Positions 24,286 to 36,209 of a stretch of DNA of 64,000 bases are shown here, in pieces. Made by a program: the position numbers and the translations under genes. Origin of the DNA: Macrostomum hystrix (Eukaryota; Animalia; Platyhelminthes). The DNA is taken from contig CATNEN010000038.1 in NCBI GenBank assembly GCA_950097015.1, forward strand, positions 5,332,001-5,396,000. The letters run 5' to 3'. Below the pieces are notes generated by a model that was given only the letters and a program-made list of their open reading frames with translations, searched no databases and had not been told where the DNA came from. Numbering within the stretch: position 1 is the stretch's first letter; the number at the start of each line of letters is the position of its first letter.

Positions 24286-27200
24286 ATGGCTTACGAAGAA
24301 AGGGACCCGCTGATTTTGGGCTCTAAGAGGGGCGGATTTCGAGATAAGAGGTGAGACAATCAATATTTGAAGAGTTTTGCTGTCTTCTTTATTTTTTAAC
24401 TACTTAGAGTCACATCCTGAAGTCTAGGGCTGTGCACTTGCTCCCACCGTCAAATCCTCACACCTCAGGTTGGACACCATCGCTCAGATCCTCAGGTGTG
24501 GGGGCTGGGCAGACTCCTTCAGATCCTCAGGTGCGGGGGCTGGGCAGACTCCCTCAGATCCTCAGGTGCGGGGGGCTGGGCACTCTCCCTCAGATCCTCA
24601 GGTGCGGGGGCTGGGCACTCTCCCTCAGATCCTCAGGTGTGGGTGCTGGGCACTCTCCCTCAGATCCTCAGGTGCGGGGGGCTGGGCACTCTCCCTCAGA
24701 TCCTCAGGTGCGGGGGCTGGGCACTCTCCCTCAGATCCTCAGGTGCGGGGGCTGGGCACTCTCCCTCAGATCCTCAGGTGTTGGGGCTGGGCACTCTCTT
24801 TCAGATCCTCAGGTGTGGGGGCTGGGCACTCTCCCTCAGATCCTCAGGTGTGGGGGCTGGGCACTCTCCCTCAGATCCTCAGGTGTGGGGGCTGGGCACT
24901 CTCCCTCAGATCCTCAGGTGTGGGGGCTGGGCACTCTCCCTCAGATCCTCAGGTGCGGGGGCTGGGCACTCTCCCTCAGATCCTCAGGTGCGGGGGCTGG
25001 GCACTCTCCCTCAGATCCTCAGGTGCGGGGGCTGGGCACTCTCCCTCAGATCCTCAGGTGTGGGGGCTGGGCACTCCCTCAGATCCTCAGGTGTAGGTGC
25101 TGGGCACTCCCTCAGATCCTCAGGTGTGGGTGCTGGGCAGGCTCCATCAGATCCTCAGGTGTGGGGGCTGGGCAGGCTCCATCAGATCCTCAGGTGTGGG
25201 GGCTGGGCAGGCTCCGTCAGATCCTCAGGTGTGGGGGCTGGGCAGGCTCCATCAGATCCTCAGGTTTGGGGGCTGGGCAGGCTCCATCAGATCATTATCG
25301 CTACTTATAAAACGAATAGAAGATGCAAAAGGCAGGGAAGTCGCCAACCCGCACTCGGCTCGCAGATGTGGTCGGGGTGTACTGATCGCGCTGGTGTTCA
25401 CCTTTGCCCTGCTGGCAGCCGTGTTTCTTGGATGCTTTCTCTACTACGCCGCGATGTACGCCAAGGGTGAGCGCTTAGTGTTGATATTGATAGTAATGTT
25501 AGGGTCAACTCGGGTTCATCGAGTAGCTAGCTAATTATTGGCTAAATCGTTATTCATTGTTTGTTTCTAGACAAAGAAGAATTTAAACGCTAAATGCTAT
25601 ACTAACAGTAGTCTAGTAAACATTTGGCATCAATCATGCAAATCTCAGGCACACCCAAATGGTTGCAAGACCGTGTGTCGGACCAGCTGCTCGAGACCTA
25701 CCTGTACAATGGCGTCACCTCCGATGCAACAGTCTGCAGCCTGATTGGCGCCAACATCATCAACGTGCTGAATGGCAGCGCTATGGACGCCGCGGTCGCC
25801 ACCGTGCTGTGCGTCGGTGTGGCCAACTCGCACAGTGCCGGCATCGGTGGCGGCTCCTTCCTCATGCACTTTGATAGGTGATTCACCAGAATACTGATCT
25901 CTGAACACATAGGTTGGTCACGTGACCTGCAGCCTGAACCCACAGATTGGTCACGTGACCAGTAGCCTGAACCCACAGGTTGGTCACGTGGCCAGTAGCC
26001 TGAACCCACAGGTTGGTCACGTGACCTGTAGCCTGAACCCACAGGTTGGTCACGTGACCTGTAGCCTGAACCTACAGGTTGGTCACGTGACCAGTAGCCT
26101 GAACCGACAGGTTGGTCACGTGACCAATAGCCTGAACCCACAGGTTGGTCACGTGACCTGTAGCCTGAACCCACAGGTTGGTCACGTGACCAGTAGCCTG
26201 AACCGACAGGTTGGTCACGTGACCAGTAGCCTGAACCCACAGGTTGGTCACGTGACCAGTAGCCTGAACCCACAGGTTGGTCACGTGGCCAGTAGACTGA
26301 ACCCACAGGTTGGTCACGTGACCAGTAGCCTGAACCGACAGGTTGGTCACGTGACCAGTAGCCAGAACCCACAGGTTGGTCACGTGACCAGTAGCCTGAA
26401 CCTTTCTCACCCACCCCGGCAGCAAAACCAAGCAGGTGTCGGCCTTCGACTATCGAGAAACCGCGCCGGCACTCGCCAATCGGGACATGTTCAACACCCT
26501 GCCGGCCAACGCCACCACAACCGGCGGTCTGGCCATCGGCGTGCCTGGCGAGGTGGCCGGACTGCACCGGGCCCATTCGCGGTTCGGCCGGCTGCCCTGG
26601 AAGCAGGTGGTGGCTCCGGTGTCGCAGCTGTTGCGCAATGGCCAGCGCGTCACGAAGCCGCTCGCCGACGCCATGGCCAGCAAGTTCGACGAAGTGCCAT
26701 CCGCGGGACCGTTCGCCGAGCTGAAACGCTGGATGACCAACCCGGCCACTGGCAGGCCCTACGCAGCCGGCGAAATCCTTCGCGACGAGAAACTCGCCGA
26801 CACCATGGATCGCATCGCAGAGAATCCGGCAGACTTCTACAATGGCAGCCTGGCCGCTGATATTACCAAGGAATTGGCTGACGCAGGTCAGAGGAGTGAC
26901 TACATTTAGGGATGATCCAATGGGATCGGGATCTGAAGAGATCGGGATCTGAAGAGATCGGGATCTGAAGAGATCGGGATCTGAAGAGATCGGGATCTGA
27001 AGAGATCGGGATCTGAAGAGATCGGGATCTGAAGAGATCGGGATCTGAAGAGATCGGGATCTGAAGAGATCGGGATCTGAAGAGATCGGGATCTGAAGAG
27101 ATCGGGATCTGAAGAGATCGGGATTGGAATCGAAAGGGCAGACCGTGATGTCTCTGTTTTTTTCAGATCGAGTCCAAGTTAAATTTAATTAATTAAAACA

Positions 27201-30200
27201 ACAAATCCTTAGGCTCCATCATCACCGCTGATGACATTCGCTCCTACATGGTCGACGAGCCGCAGCCAATCACCGTGGAGCTGGGCGCCAGACGCCTCCG
27301 CCTGCACTCGATGCCTCCGCCGTGCAGCGGCGCCGTGCTCGGCTTCGTTCTCAACGTAATGGACGGATTCGACAATAAAGCGAACTTAAAACAGGACCTG
27401 GACAGCTATACCAACTTCCTGCACCGTCTGATCGAAGCCTTTAAATTTGGATACGCGAAGAGGTAGCTTGTCGATTGTCTGCCAGAGAAAATCTATTTTT
27501 ATCTACTACGATGTAAACATCACGTGACATCTGACCCTGTGAGCTAAAAATAGCATCATTTGTGTTACACTGAATGCAACGCGCTCACATATGGGGGGTC
27601 AGTGGCAACAGCGGTTAACGCTTTCATTTCTCGCACCAAGGCCCCTGAGTTCGATTCTGTGGCGAGGCCGCATTCATTTGGGGCAAAGCTGCGGAGAGAA
27701 GGCCTGGGGGCCTGTCGTGCAATTTATGCCCTTGAGGGCCAACCTCCAAGTCGCAGTGAGATTGTACACTGCCTGACAAGGAAAAAGTCAGGGCAGATGT
27801 TCACCCTTATATAATTTTGTGCCTGCGTACAGTATCTATGTGCGTGTGTGCTCAGGAGTCAGCGAAATGGGCAGAATTGCCTCCTCGCTGGCTGCGTGTC
27901 TAGTGTCACCAAATTATGTGCCATTGCCCACAGCCCTCCTAGGATTATTATCATTAACAACGCGCACACGTCATCTTTGCCCAGATCTGCCTTAGGCGAT
28001 GCGAGGTACGTCAACGTCACTGAGCTCGTGGCCAACCTGACTTCCGGCGCCTACGCCAATGAAATCCGGTCCAAAATCACGGACGAATTCACACACGATG
28101 TGAATTATTACGGGCCTAGCTTCGAGTGGCAGCCAGACCACGGCACCACCCACATCTCATTGGTGGACTCCGAGGGCAGCTCCGTTGTTGTCACCTCGAC
28201 TATTAACGAATAGTGAGTTTGAACCGCGAACGGAACACCCCTGTACACCCCTGTGTGAGTGAGTGTGTTCAGGAGTCAGCGGAACGGAAAAAATACAAAT
28301 GCGAAATCCCACATACTTTATTATGGCCTGAGCATAGAGATTTAATAAAAAACTCTCCACTGCTCAACTCTCCACTGCTCAACTCTCCACTGCTCAACTC
28401 TCCACTGCTCAACTCTCCACTGCTCAACTCTCCACTGCTCAACTCTCCACTGCTCAACTCTCCACTGCTAATATCTCCACTGCTCAACTCTCCACTGCTC
28501 AACTCTCCACTGCTAATTTCTCCACTGCTCAACTCTCCACTGCTCAACTCTCCACTGCTCAACTCTCCACTGCTCAACTCTCCACTGCTAATTTCTCCAC
28601 TGCTCAACTCTCCACTGCTCAACTCTCCACTGCTCAACTCTCCACTGCTAATTTCTCCACTGCTCAACTCTCCACTGCTCAACTCTCCACTGCTCAACTC
28701 TCCACTGCTCAACTCTCCACTGCTAATTTCTCCACTGCTCAACTCTCCACTGCTCAACTCTCCACTGCTCAACTCTCCACTGCTAATTTCTCCACTGCTC
28801 AACTCTCCACTGCTCAACTCTCCACTGCTCAACTCTCCACTGCTAATTTCTCCACTGCTTAATTCTCCACTGCTCAACTCTCCACTGCTCAACTCTCCAC
28901 TGGTCAACTCTCCACTGCTCAACTCTCCACTGCTCAATTCTCCACTGCTCATTTCTGCACTGCTCAATTCTCCACTGCTCAACTTTCCACTGCTCAACTT
29001 CGCCAGCTTCGGATCGTTGATCAAAGGCCCCAAGACTGGGATTCTGTACAACAACGAGATGGACGACTTTTCTATTCCAAACCGGACCAATTCATACAAC
29101 TTGCCGCCTTCTGAGTCCAACTTCATCCAGGCTGGTGAGTCCGGACTCTGTGCTCAGATTTTCAGTTTGAGTTATTTTCATCTTTGTTGAGATTTTTGTA
29201 TTTATAGTGATATTTTATGATCTCTGATGAGGTTTTGAGATCTCCGGTGAGATTTTAAGATCTCCGGTGAGATTTTGAGATCTCCGGTGAGATTTTAAGA
29301 TCTCCGGTGAGATTTTGAGATCTCCGGTGAGATTTTGTGATCTCCGGTGAGATTTTGTGATCTCTGATGTTTAAGTGCAATCACTGTGAAATTCTCACTT
29401 ATCTTTCCTTCCTTGAAACACCTCAAGCTAGCGCGACGTCCCCTTGAACCCGTCACCCGCAGGCAAACGCCCGATGTCGTCAATGTCGCCAGTGTTTGTC
29501 ACAGAGCAGGGCACGGAGCAGCTCAGGTACATTGGCGGTGGCGCTGGCGGCTCCCTTATCACCACAGCCGTAGCCTACGTGCTGGCCAGGCAGATTTACC
29601 TGAACGAGACAGTGAAGGAGGCCACTGACGCCTTTAGGCTGCACCACCAGCTGGTGCCCAATCACATCATGTACTTCAACTACGACTCTGTGGCTCAGGA
29701 GGTGAGAGCACCCAATGCTGATTCGCTTACAATCTATCGTGTGCGCGAGCCCGTCATTAGCAAAACAACTTCGGCTATTCGTCAGTGGTTCTTCAGGAAT
29801 TTGTCAGTGTTTCTTCAGGAATTTGTCAGTGTCTCTTCAGGAATTCGTCAGTGTTTCTTCAGGAATTCGTCAGTGTTTCTTCAGGAATTCGTCAGTGTTT
29901 CTTCAGGAATTTGTCTGTGTCTCTTCAGGAATTTGTCTGTGTCTCTTCAGGAATTCGTCAGTGGTTCTTCAGGACTTCGTCAGTGTCTCTTCAGGAATTC
30001 GTCAGTGTCTCTTCAGGAATTTGTCAGTGTTTCTTCAGAGATTCGTCAGTGTTTCTTCAGGAATTCGTCAGTGTCTCATCAGGAATTCGTCAGTGTCTCT
30101 TCAGGAATTCGTCAGTGCTTCTTTAGGAATTCGTCAGTGTCTCTTCAGGAATTCGTCAGTGTTTCTTCAGGAATTCGTCAGTGTCTCTTCAGGAATTCGT

Positions 30201-31380
30201 CAGTGTTTCTTCAGGAATTTGTCAGTGTCTCTTCAGGAATTCGTCAGTGTTTCTTCAGGAATTTGTCTGTGTCTCTTCAGGAATTCGTCAGTGTTTCTTC
30301 AGGAATTCGTCAGTGTTTCTTCAGGAATTCGTCAGTGTTTCTTCAGGAATTTGTCTGTGTCTCTTCAGGAATTCGTCAGTGGTTCTTCAGGACTTCGTCA
30401 GTGTCTCTTCAGGAATTCGTCAGTGTTTCTTCAGGAATTTGTCAGTGTTTCTTCAGAGATTCGTCAGTGTTTCTTCAGGAATTCGTCAGTGTCTCATCAG
30501 GAATTCGTCAGTGTCTCTTCAGGAATTCGTCAATGCTTCTTTAGGAATTCGTCAGTGTCTCTTCAGGAATTCGTCAGTGTTTCTTCAGGAATTCGTCAGT
30601 GTCTCTTCAGGAATTCGTCAGTGTTTCTTCAGGAATTTGTCTGTGTCTCTTCAGGAATTCGTCAGTGGTTCTTCAGGACTTCGTCAGTGTCTATTCAGGA
30701 ATTCGTCAGTGTTTCTTCAGGAATTTGTCAGTGTTTCTTCAGAGATTCGTCAGTGTTTCTTCAGGAATTCGTCAGTGTCTCATCAGGAATTCGTCAGTGT
30801 CTCTTCAGGAATTCGTCAGTGCTTCTTTAGGAATTCGTCAGTGTTTCATCAGGAATTCGTCAGTGTTTCTTCAGGAATTCGTCAGTGTTTCTTCAGGAAT
30901 TCGTCAGTGTTTCTTCAGGAATTTGTCAGTGTTTCTTCAGGAATTCGTCAGTGGTTCTTTAGGAATTCGTCAGTGTCTCATCAGGAATTTGTCAGTGCTT
31001 CTTCAGGAATTCGTCAGTGTCTCTTCAGGAAGTCGTCAGTGTTTCTTTAGGATTTTTCAGTGGTTTTTAGGTGTGTTTTTTAATTCATTTTTTCTGCGTT
31101 TTCTCAGTAAGCGTCTGTCGTTTGTCCAGCTTCTATTGGGGCAAAAGTACATTTATAAGTCGTGGTAGCTTCAGGAGTTCGTCTTTTCCTCCATTTTAGA
31201 CGTTTGTCGTAAACTTTGCCGTTAATTTTGCAGACGATATTGTCGGCGCTGGCCAGAAAGGGCCACAAAGCCCAGCTGACAACTTCGCGCAGCGTCGTGG
31301 AAGCCATGCACAGACTGGACGACGGCACCTGGCAGACCAGCGGCGACTTCAGGAAGCCTGCGAAACCTGCCGGCTTCTGA
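24286..31380 (+). CDS. GGT1: Gamma-glutamyltranspeptidase; exons 24286-24350, 25366-25466, 25649-25877, 26423-26886, 27213-27462, 27985-28212, 29007-29134, 29463-29701, 31234-31380
   Basis: N-terminal TM anchor; GSAMDAAVA..CVGV..HSAGIGGG; DYRETAP; GVPGE; HGTTH (catalytic Thr); NNEMDDFS; GKRPMSSMSP; RLHHQL; DFRK. All eight introns GT-AG and frame-preserving. Symbol is family-level. Confidence 0.93.
24483..25292. repeat. 35-bp minisatellite (ctccctcagatcctcaggtgcgggggctgggcact) in GGT intron 1
   Basis: Direct periodicity. Confidence 0.96.
25910..26402. repeat. 33-bp minisatellite with palindromic GGTCACGTGACC, 15 copies, in GGT intron 3
   Basis: Direct periodicity. Confidence 0.96.
26924..27124. 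repeat. 16-bp minisatellite (gatcgggatctgaaga) in GGT intron 4
   Basis: Perfect tandem copies. Confidence 0.96.
27594..27950 (+). mobile_element. SINE family A, near full-length copy in GGT intron 5
   Basis: A-box GTGGCAACAGCGG, B-box GAGTTCGATTC, (ATT)n tail. Confidence 0.85.
28351..29000. repeat. 15-bp minisatellite (aactctccactgctc) in GGT intron 6
   Basis: Direct periodicity, running up to the acceptor. Confidence 0.97.
29230..29365. repeat. 20-bp minisatellite (gagatctccggtgagatttt) in GGT intron 7
   Basis: Direct periodicity. Confidence 0.92.
29778..31065. repeat. 22-bp minisatellite (caggaattcgtcagtgtttctt) in GGT intron 8
   Basis: Direct periodicity with higher-order variant blocks. 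Confidence 0.97.
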
Positions 31381-31942
31381 GCAGCTGGAAGAACACGGCC
31401 TCTCAAACTTGCTCTGGGATTTTTATGAAATCTAACTCGACAAACATCCCAAAGTTATCGATCCTTCAACTTCAAAGACATGCTCGAGCTGACTGCCCAG
31501 ACTTCATAAACAACCCAAATTCTGATTGAGTTCATAAACGCCCCATACTTTCCGACCCCCCGATCTTGTTGCTTTTGTAAATTTAGTTCAAGTCTTGCTT
31601 TTTTTAAATCATTCACGTTTTTTGGTACACAACCCTTAATTGTGCATGCAATTTGTTGATGAAAATAATTCTTCGGATGTTTACTTAAGACTCCGCTACA
31701 TTTATGCTGTTTTGTTTGTTCAAATTATTGTGATTTCATGCATGATTTCTCTGCTGAATCACTGGCTGCCAAATCTATACTTGTTACTGTATAGTAGAGT
31801 GTCTTGAGAAATAGCTGTTCCGTAAATATTTAAATATGTTTCCAGATAATAAAAACTATTTTAATAAAACAAATTTCGATAAATTGCGCCCGCTACTCGT
31901 AACTGGTGCTGCTGTTAATGCTAGGGCTGTGTTTCGTGCGCA

Positions 31943-32545
31943 TAACTCTCGTGTCGATCTTAGACAACTCTCGTGTCGATCTTAGACAACTCTCGTGTCG
32001 ATCTTAGACAACTCTCGTGTCGATCTTAGACAACTCTCGTGTAAATCTTAGACAACTCTCATGTCGATCTTAGATAACTCTCGTGTCGATCTTAGACAAC
32101 TCTCATGTCGATCTTAGACAACTCTCGTGTCGATCTTAGACAACTCTCATGTCGATCTTAGACAATTCTCATGTCGATCTTAGACAACTCTCATGTCGAT
32201 CTTAGACAACTCTCGTGTCGATCTTAGACAACTCTCGTGTCGATCTTAGACAACTCTCATGTCGATCTTAGACAACTCTCGTGTCGATCTTAGACAACTC
32301 TCGTGTCGATCTTAGACAACTCTCGTGTCGATCTCAGACAACTCTCATGTCGATCTTAGACAACTCTCGTGTCGATCTTAGACAACTCTCGTGTCGATCT
32401 TAGACTACTCTCGTGTCGATCTTAGACAACTCTCGTGTCGATCTTAGACAACTCTCATGTCGATCTTAGATAACTCTCGTGTAAATCTTAGACAACTCTC
32501 ATGTCGATCTTAGATAACTCTCGTGTAAATCTAAGATAACTCTCA
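31943..32545. repeat. 22-bp minisatellite (caactctcgtgtcgatcttaga)
   Basis: Direct periodicity. Confidence 0.96.
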
Positions 32546-33208
32546 TATACATCTCAGATGACTCTTATCGATCTCACGTTGTTCTCTGGTTAATCTTGAA
32601 TCACTCTCATATCGGTCTCCGATCATATCTCTCACCCACGTCCCAGCTGTAAATTAGTTGCGCCCATTTACTTAAAAAACAGTCACAAAATGGTTTTGTT
32701 TTAATGATGAACTTGGCAGTTTAATATTTGCTAGTCAGTCCTACTTTAACTTATCGCGTCCAGTTTCTTTAAGATAGAAATAATCAGAGTACAGTAAACT
32801 GTTGGCAGTACGCATGTAAGCCGCTTATCAACTGAATGTTCGACGCTGGTGGCTGCTTTGTGGCAGCTTATCTTATCGACTGCGCTCGTCCCCAATAGGA
32901 AAAAATCCCGTTTTTTTCGCGGATGCGTCCCGAGTTGTGTGTGGCTCATAACCACCTTCTGCGTAGGCGATTCACGCTCTGCGGTCGTATAAGCTGCTCA
33001 AGGGTACCAAAAATACAGCCCGCAATTGCTCAGACAAGCCTCTCGCATGTAAGACTCTCGCGTAACTTTCTGTAGCTTAGTCTCTGACGCACTCATGAAC
33101 TTGTAAGTCATCAACCTGTGTTGTTTCTTACTTCAGTTTTTGCGTATAATTAATTGCCTTCTAAGGTCAAAATGTACCAGGCAGTACCACTATTGAGGCA
33201 TCTCACAT

Positions 33209-34735
33209 AGCAGTCCACACCCCAAGCAGTCCACACCAAGCAGTCCACACCCCAAGAAGTCCACACCCCATGCAGTCCACACCCCAAGCATTCCACACCT
33301 CAACCAGCAGACACCCCATGCAGTCCACACCCCAAGCATTCCACACCCCATGCAGTCCACACCCCAAGCAGTCCACAAACCGAAACCGTTCACACCCCAA
33401 GCAGTCAACACTCCAAGCAGTCCACACCCCAAGCATTCCACACCTCAACCAGCAGACACCCCATGCAGTCCACACCCCAAGCATTCCACACCCCATGCAG
33501 TCCACACCCCAAGCAGTCCACACCCCATGCAGTCCACACCCCAAGAAGTCCACACTCCAAGCAGTCCACACCCCATGCAGTCCACACCCCAAGAAGTCCA
33601 CACTCCAAGCAGTCCACACCCCAAACCTTTCACACCCCAAGCAGTCAACACTCCAAGCAGTCCACACCAAGCAGTCCACACCCCAAGCAGTCCACACCCC
33701 AAGCAGTCCACACCCCATGCAGTCCACACCCCAAGCATTCCACACCTCAACCAGCAGACACCCCATGCAGTCCACACCCCAAGCATTCCACACCCCATGC
33801 AGTCCACACCCCAAGCATTCCACACCTCAACCAGCAGACACCCCATGCAGTCCACACCCCAAGCATTCCACACCCCATGCAGTCCACACCCCAAGCAGTC
33901 CACAAACCGAAACCGTTCACACCCCAAGCAGTCAACACTCCAAGCAGTCCACACCCCAAGCATTCCACACCTCAACCAGCAGACACCCCATGCAGTCCAC
34001 ACCCCAAGCATTCCACACCCCATGCAGTCCACACCCCAAGCAGTCCACACCCCATGCAGTCCACACCCCAAGAAGTCCACACTCCAAGCAGTCCACACCC
34101 CATGCAGTCCACACCCCAAGAAGTCCACACTCCAAGCAGTCCACACCCCAAACCTTTCACACCCCAAGCAGTCAACACTCCAAGCAGTCCACACCAAGCA
34201 GTCCACACCCCAAGCAGTCCACACCCCAAGCAGTCCACACACCATGCAGTCCACACCCCAAGCATTCCACACCCCAACCAGCAGACACCCCATGCAGTCC
34301 ACACCCCAAGCATTCCACACCCCAACCAGCAGACACCCTGAGTCCACACCCCAAGCAGTCCACACCCCAAGCAGTCCACACCCCAAGCAGTCCACACCCC
34401 AACCAGCAGACACCCCAACCAGCAGACACCCCATGCAGTCCACACCCCAACCAGCAGACACCCCATGCAGTCCACACCCCAAGCAGTCCACACCCCAAGC
34501 AGTCCACACCCCAAGCAGTCCACACCCCAAGCAGTCCACACCCCAAGCAGTCCACACCCCAAGCAGTCCACACCCCAAGCAGTCCACACCCCAAGCAGTC
34601 CACACCCCAAGCAGTCCACACCCCAACCAGCAGACACCCCATGCAGTCCACACCCCAAGCAGTCCACACCCCATGCAGTCCACACCCCATGCAGTCCACA
34701 CCCCATGCAGTCCACACCCCAACCAGCCGACTCCC
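33209..34735. repeat. 16-bp minisatellite (gcagtccacaccccaa) with 527-bp higher-order duplication
   Basis: Variant marker cacaaaccgaaaccgtt at 33374 and 33901. Confidence 0.96.
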
Positions 34736-34778
34736 CAAATCAGGCATAGCCAAAGCAGTAAGCAGTAACTAATATCCA

Positions 34779-36058
34779 TTGGCAAATATCAGTTATAACT
34801 CCCATTTATACTCGGACAGAGGAAATTCAAGCTCAGTTGAAGTTGCGGTCGCCAGCAGCGAAGCACCGAGTCCGCTGATATTTGGACTGCTCACCGCTCA
34901 GGCAGCGGTGGGCTACTCCACCCTCGCCTGCGGCCTTATCTTCAACTGTCACGTGATTTTGGCTTTCCGCCGACCCTGCTATCTGAACGACTCAACCCGC
35001 CTGCTGCTGCTTGGCTGCAGCGCCGCCGACATCGCCGTTTTGGTCGTCTCGCTGCTCAACTACCAGCTGTCCCGCCTGCACGGCGTGTCGATAAGAGCAA
35101 TGAATGACTTCCTGTGCAAGCTACACCCCGCGTTGGTGAACTTCTGCACCTTCGCTGCTCACTGGCTGCTGGCGCTGCTCTGCGCCGAGCGGTGGGTGGC
35201 GGCCACTCGGCCGAGACGCTTCAGCTGCTGCTCCAGCCGCAGCCGCCTGCTGGCCCTGGTGATGCTGCTCTGCAATGTGGCCCTACTATCAGCAGTCACC
35301 ATCTTCCTGGTGGTGGCGCACGGACCGAACAGAGCCTGCGACCTCATCGATAATAGCACCGCGACGGTACTGATTGTCAACGGAATAGACTTCGCGCTGC
35401 GCATCGCTGCTCCGACTGTCGTTATGGCCGGCTCTCTGGGACTCCGGTTGGTGATTAGGGATTGGCTGTCTTCGGGATTGGCTGGCTTCGGGATTGGCTG
35501 TCTTCGGGATTGGCTGGCTTCGGGATTGGCTGGCTTCGGGATTGGCTGGCTTCGGGATTGGCTAGCTTCGGGATTGGCTGGCTTCGGGATTGGCTGGCGA
35601 TTGCAGTCCGCTGATTGGCTGTCAGACTCTATTTCGGTCGCTGGCTCCGCAGATACAGAGCTTATTACAAGAGCCGGTCGGCTAGCCCGATTCAGTCGAT
35701 GTCGAATCTGAAGCAGCCGCTGGACGACACAGTCCGGTCGCTGATGTTCGTGCTGGTGTACACGGTCCTGACCGGTCTGCCTGGCCGAGTCTGCTTTTGC
35801 CTTCGGCGTCAGCTGGCCAGCGCCGGCATGCTGAGCTCGTTGGAGGCCGACCAGCTCATCGACTCGCTCATTGTGCTGGCCTACACTGTCCACTGTGCTC
35901 GGCCAGTCATCATGGCCATCACCTCCAGACGATTCCGACGCTGCTGCCGCCGTCAGCTGCCCTGCCCGAGCGCCAGAGTCGGCCCGGCCAAGTCGGCAAA
36001 GCCGTCCTCCTCCTCCTCGGCTGCCGACAAGTCACAGCAGCGTCGGCCAGCCAGTTGA
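34779..36058 (+). CDS. Divergent class A (peptide-receptor-like) GPCR; exons <34779-35446 and 35653-36058, true start not located
   Basis: TM1 CGLIFN, TM2 SAADIAVL, TM3 FLCKLHP...AHWLLALLCAERWVA, TM6 VLTGLP, TM7/H8 ARPVIMAITSRRFR; intron cg|gttggt..ccgcag|a joins the two ORFs in frame. Confidence 0.75.
35457..35596. repeat. 16-bp minisatellite (cttcgggattggctgg) in GPCR intron
   Basis: Direct periodicity. Confidence 0.93.
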
Positions 36059-36209
36059 GCTCACAGTGCAAAATCGGATTGTATTGAAGTCAGGGTTAAG
36101 GACATTGTGGTTTGAGCTCAATATGAATTCAGTTATGCGGATATAGCTCTGGCTGAGGTTTAAGTTGAACACCGTTTGAGTTGAGTCCACAGCGTTCAAC
36201 TTAAACTGG

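Noticed and set aside
24483-26402. 33-35-bp repeats as CRISPR arrays
   Set aside because: Head-to-tail units without unique spacers, no cas genes, eukaryotic introns
27594-27665. tRNA gene
   Set aside because: A and B boxes present but no cloverleaf; it is the head of a SINE with six copies in the window
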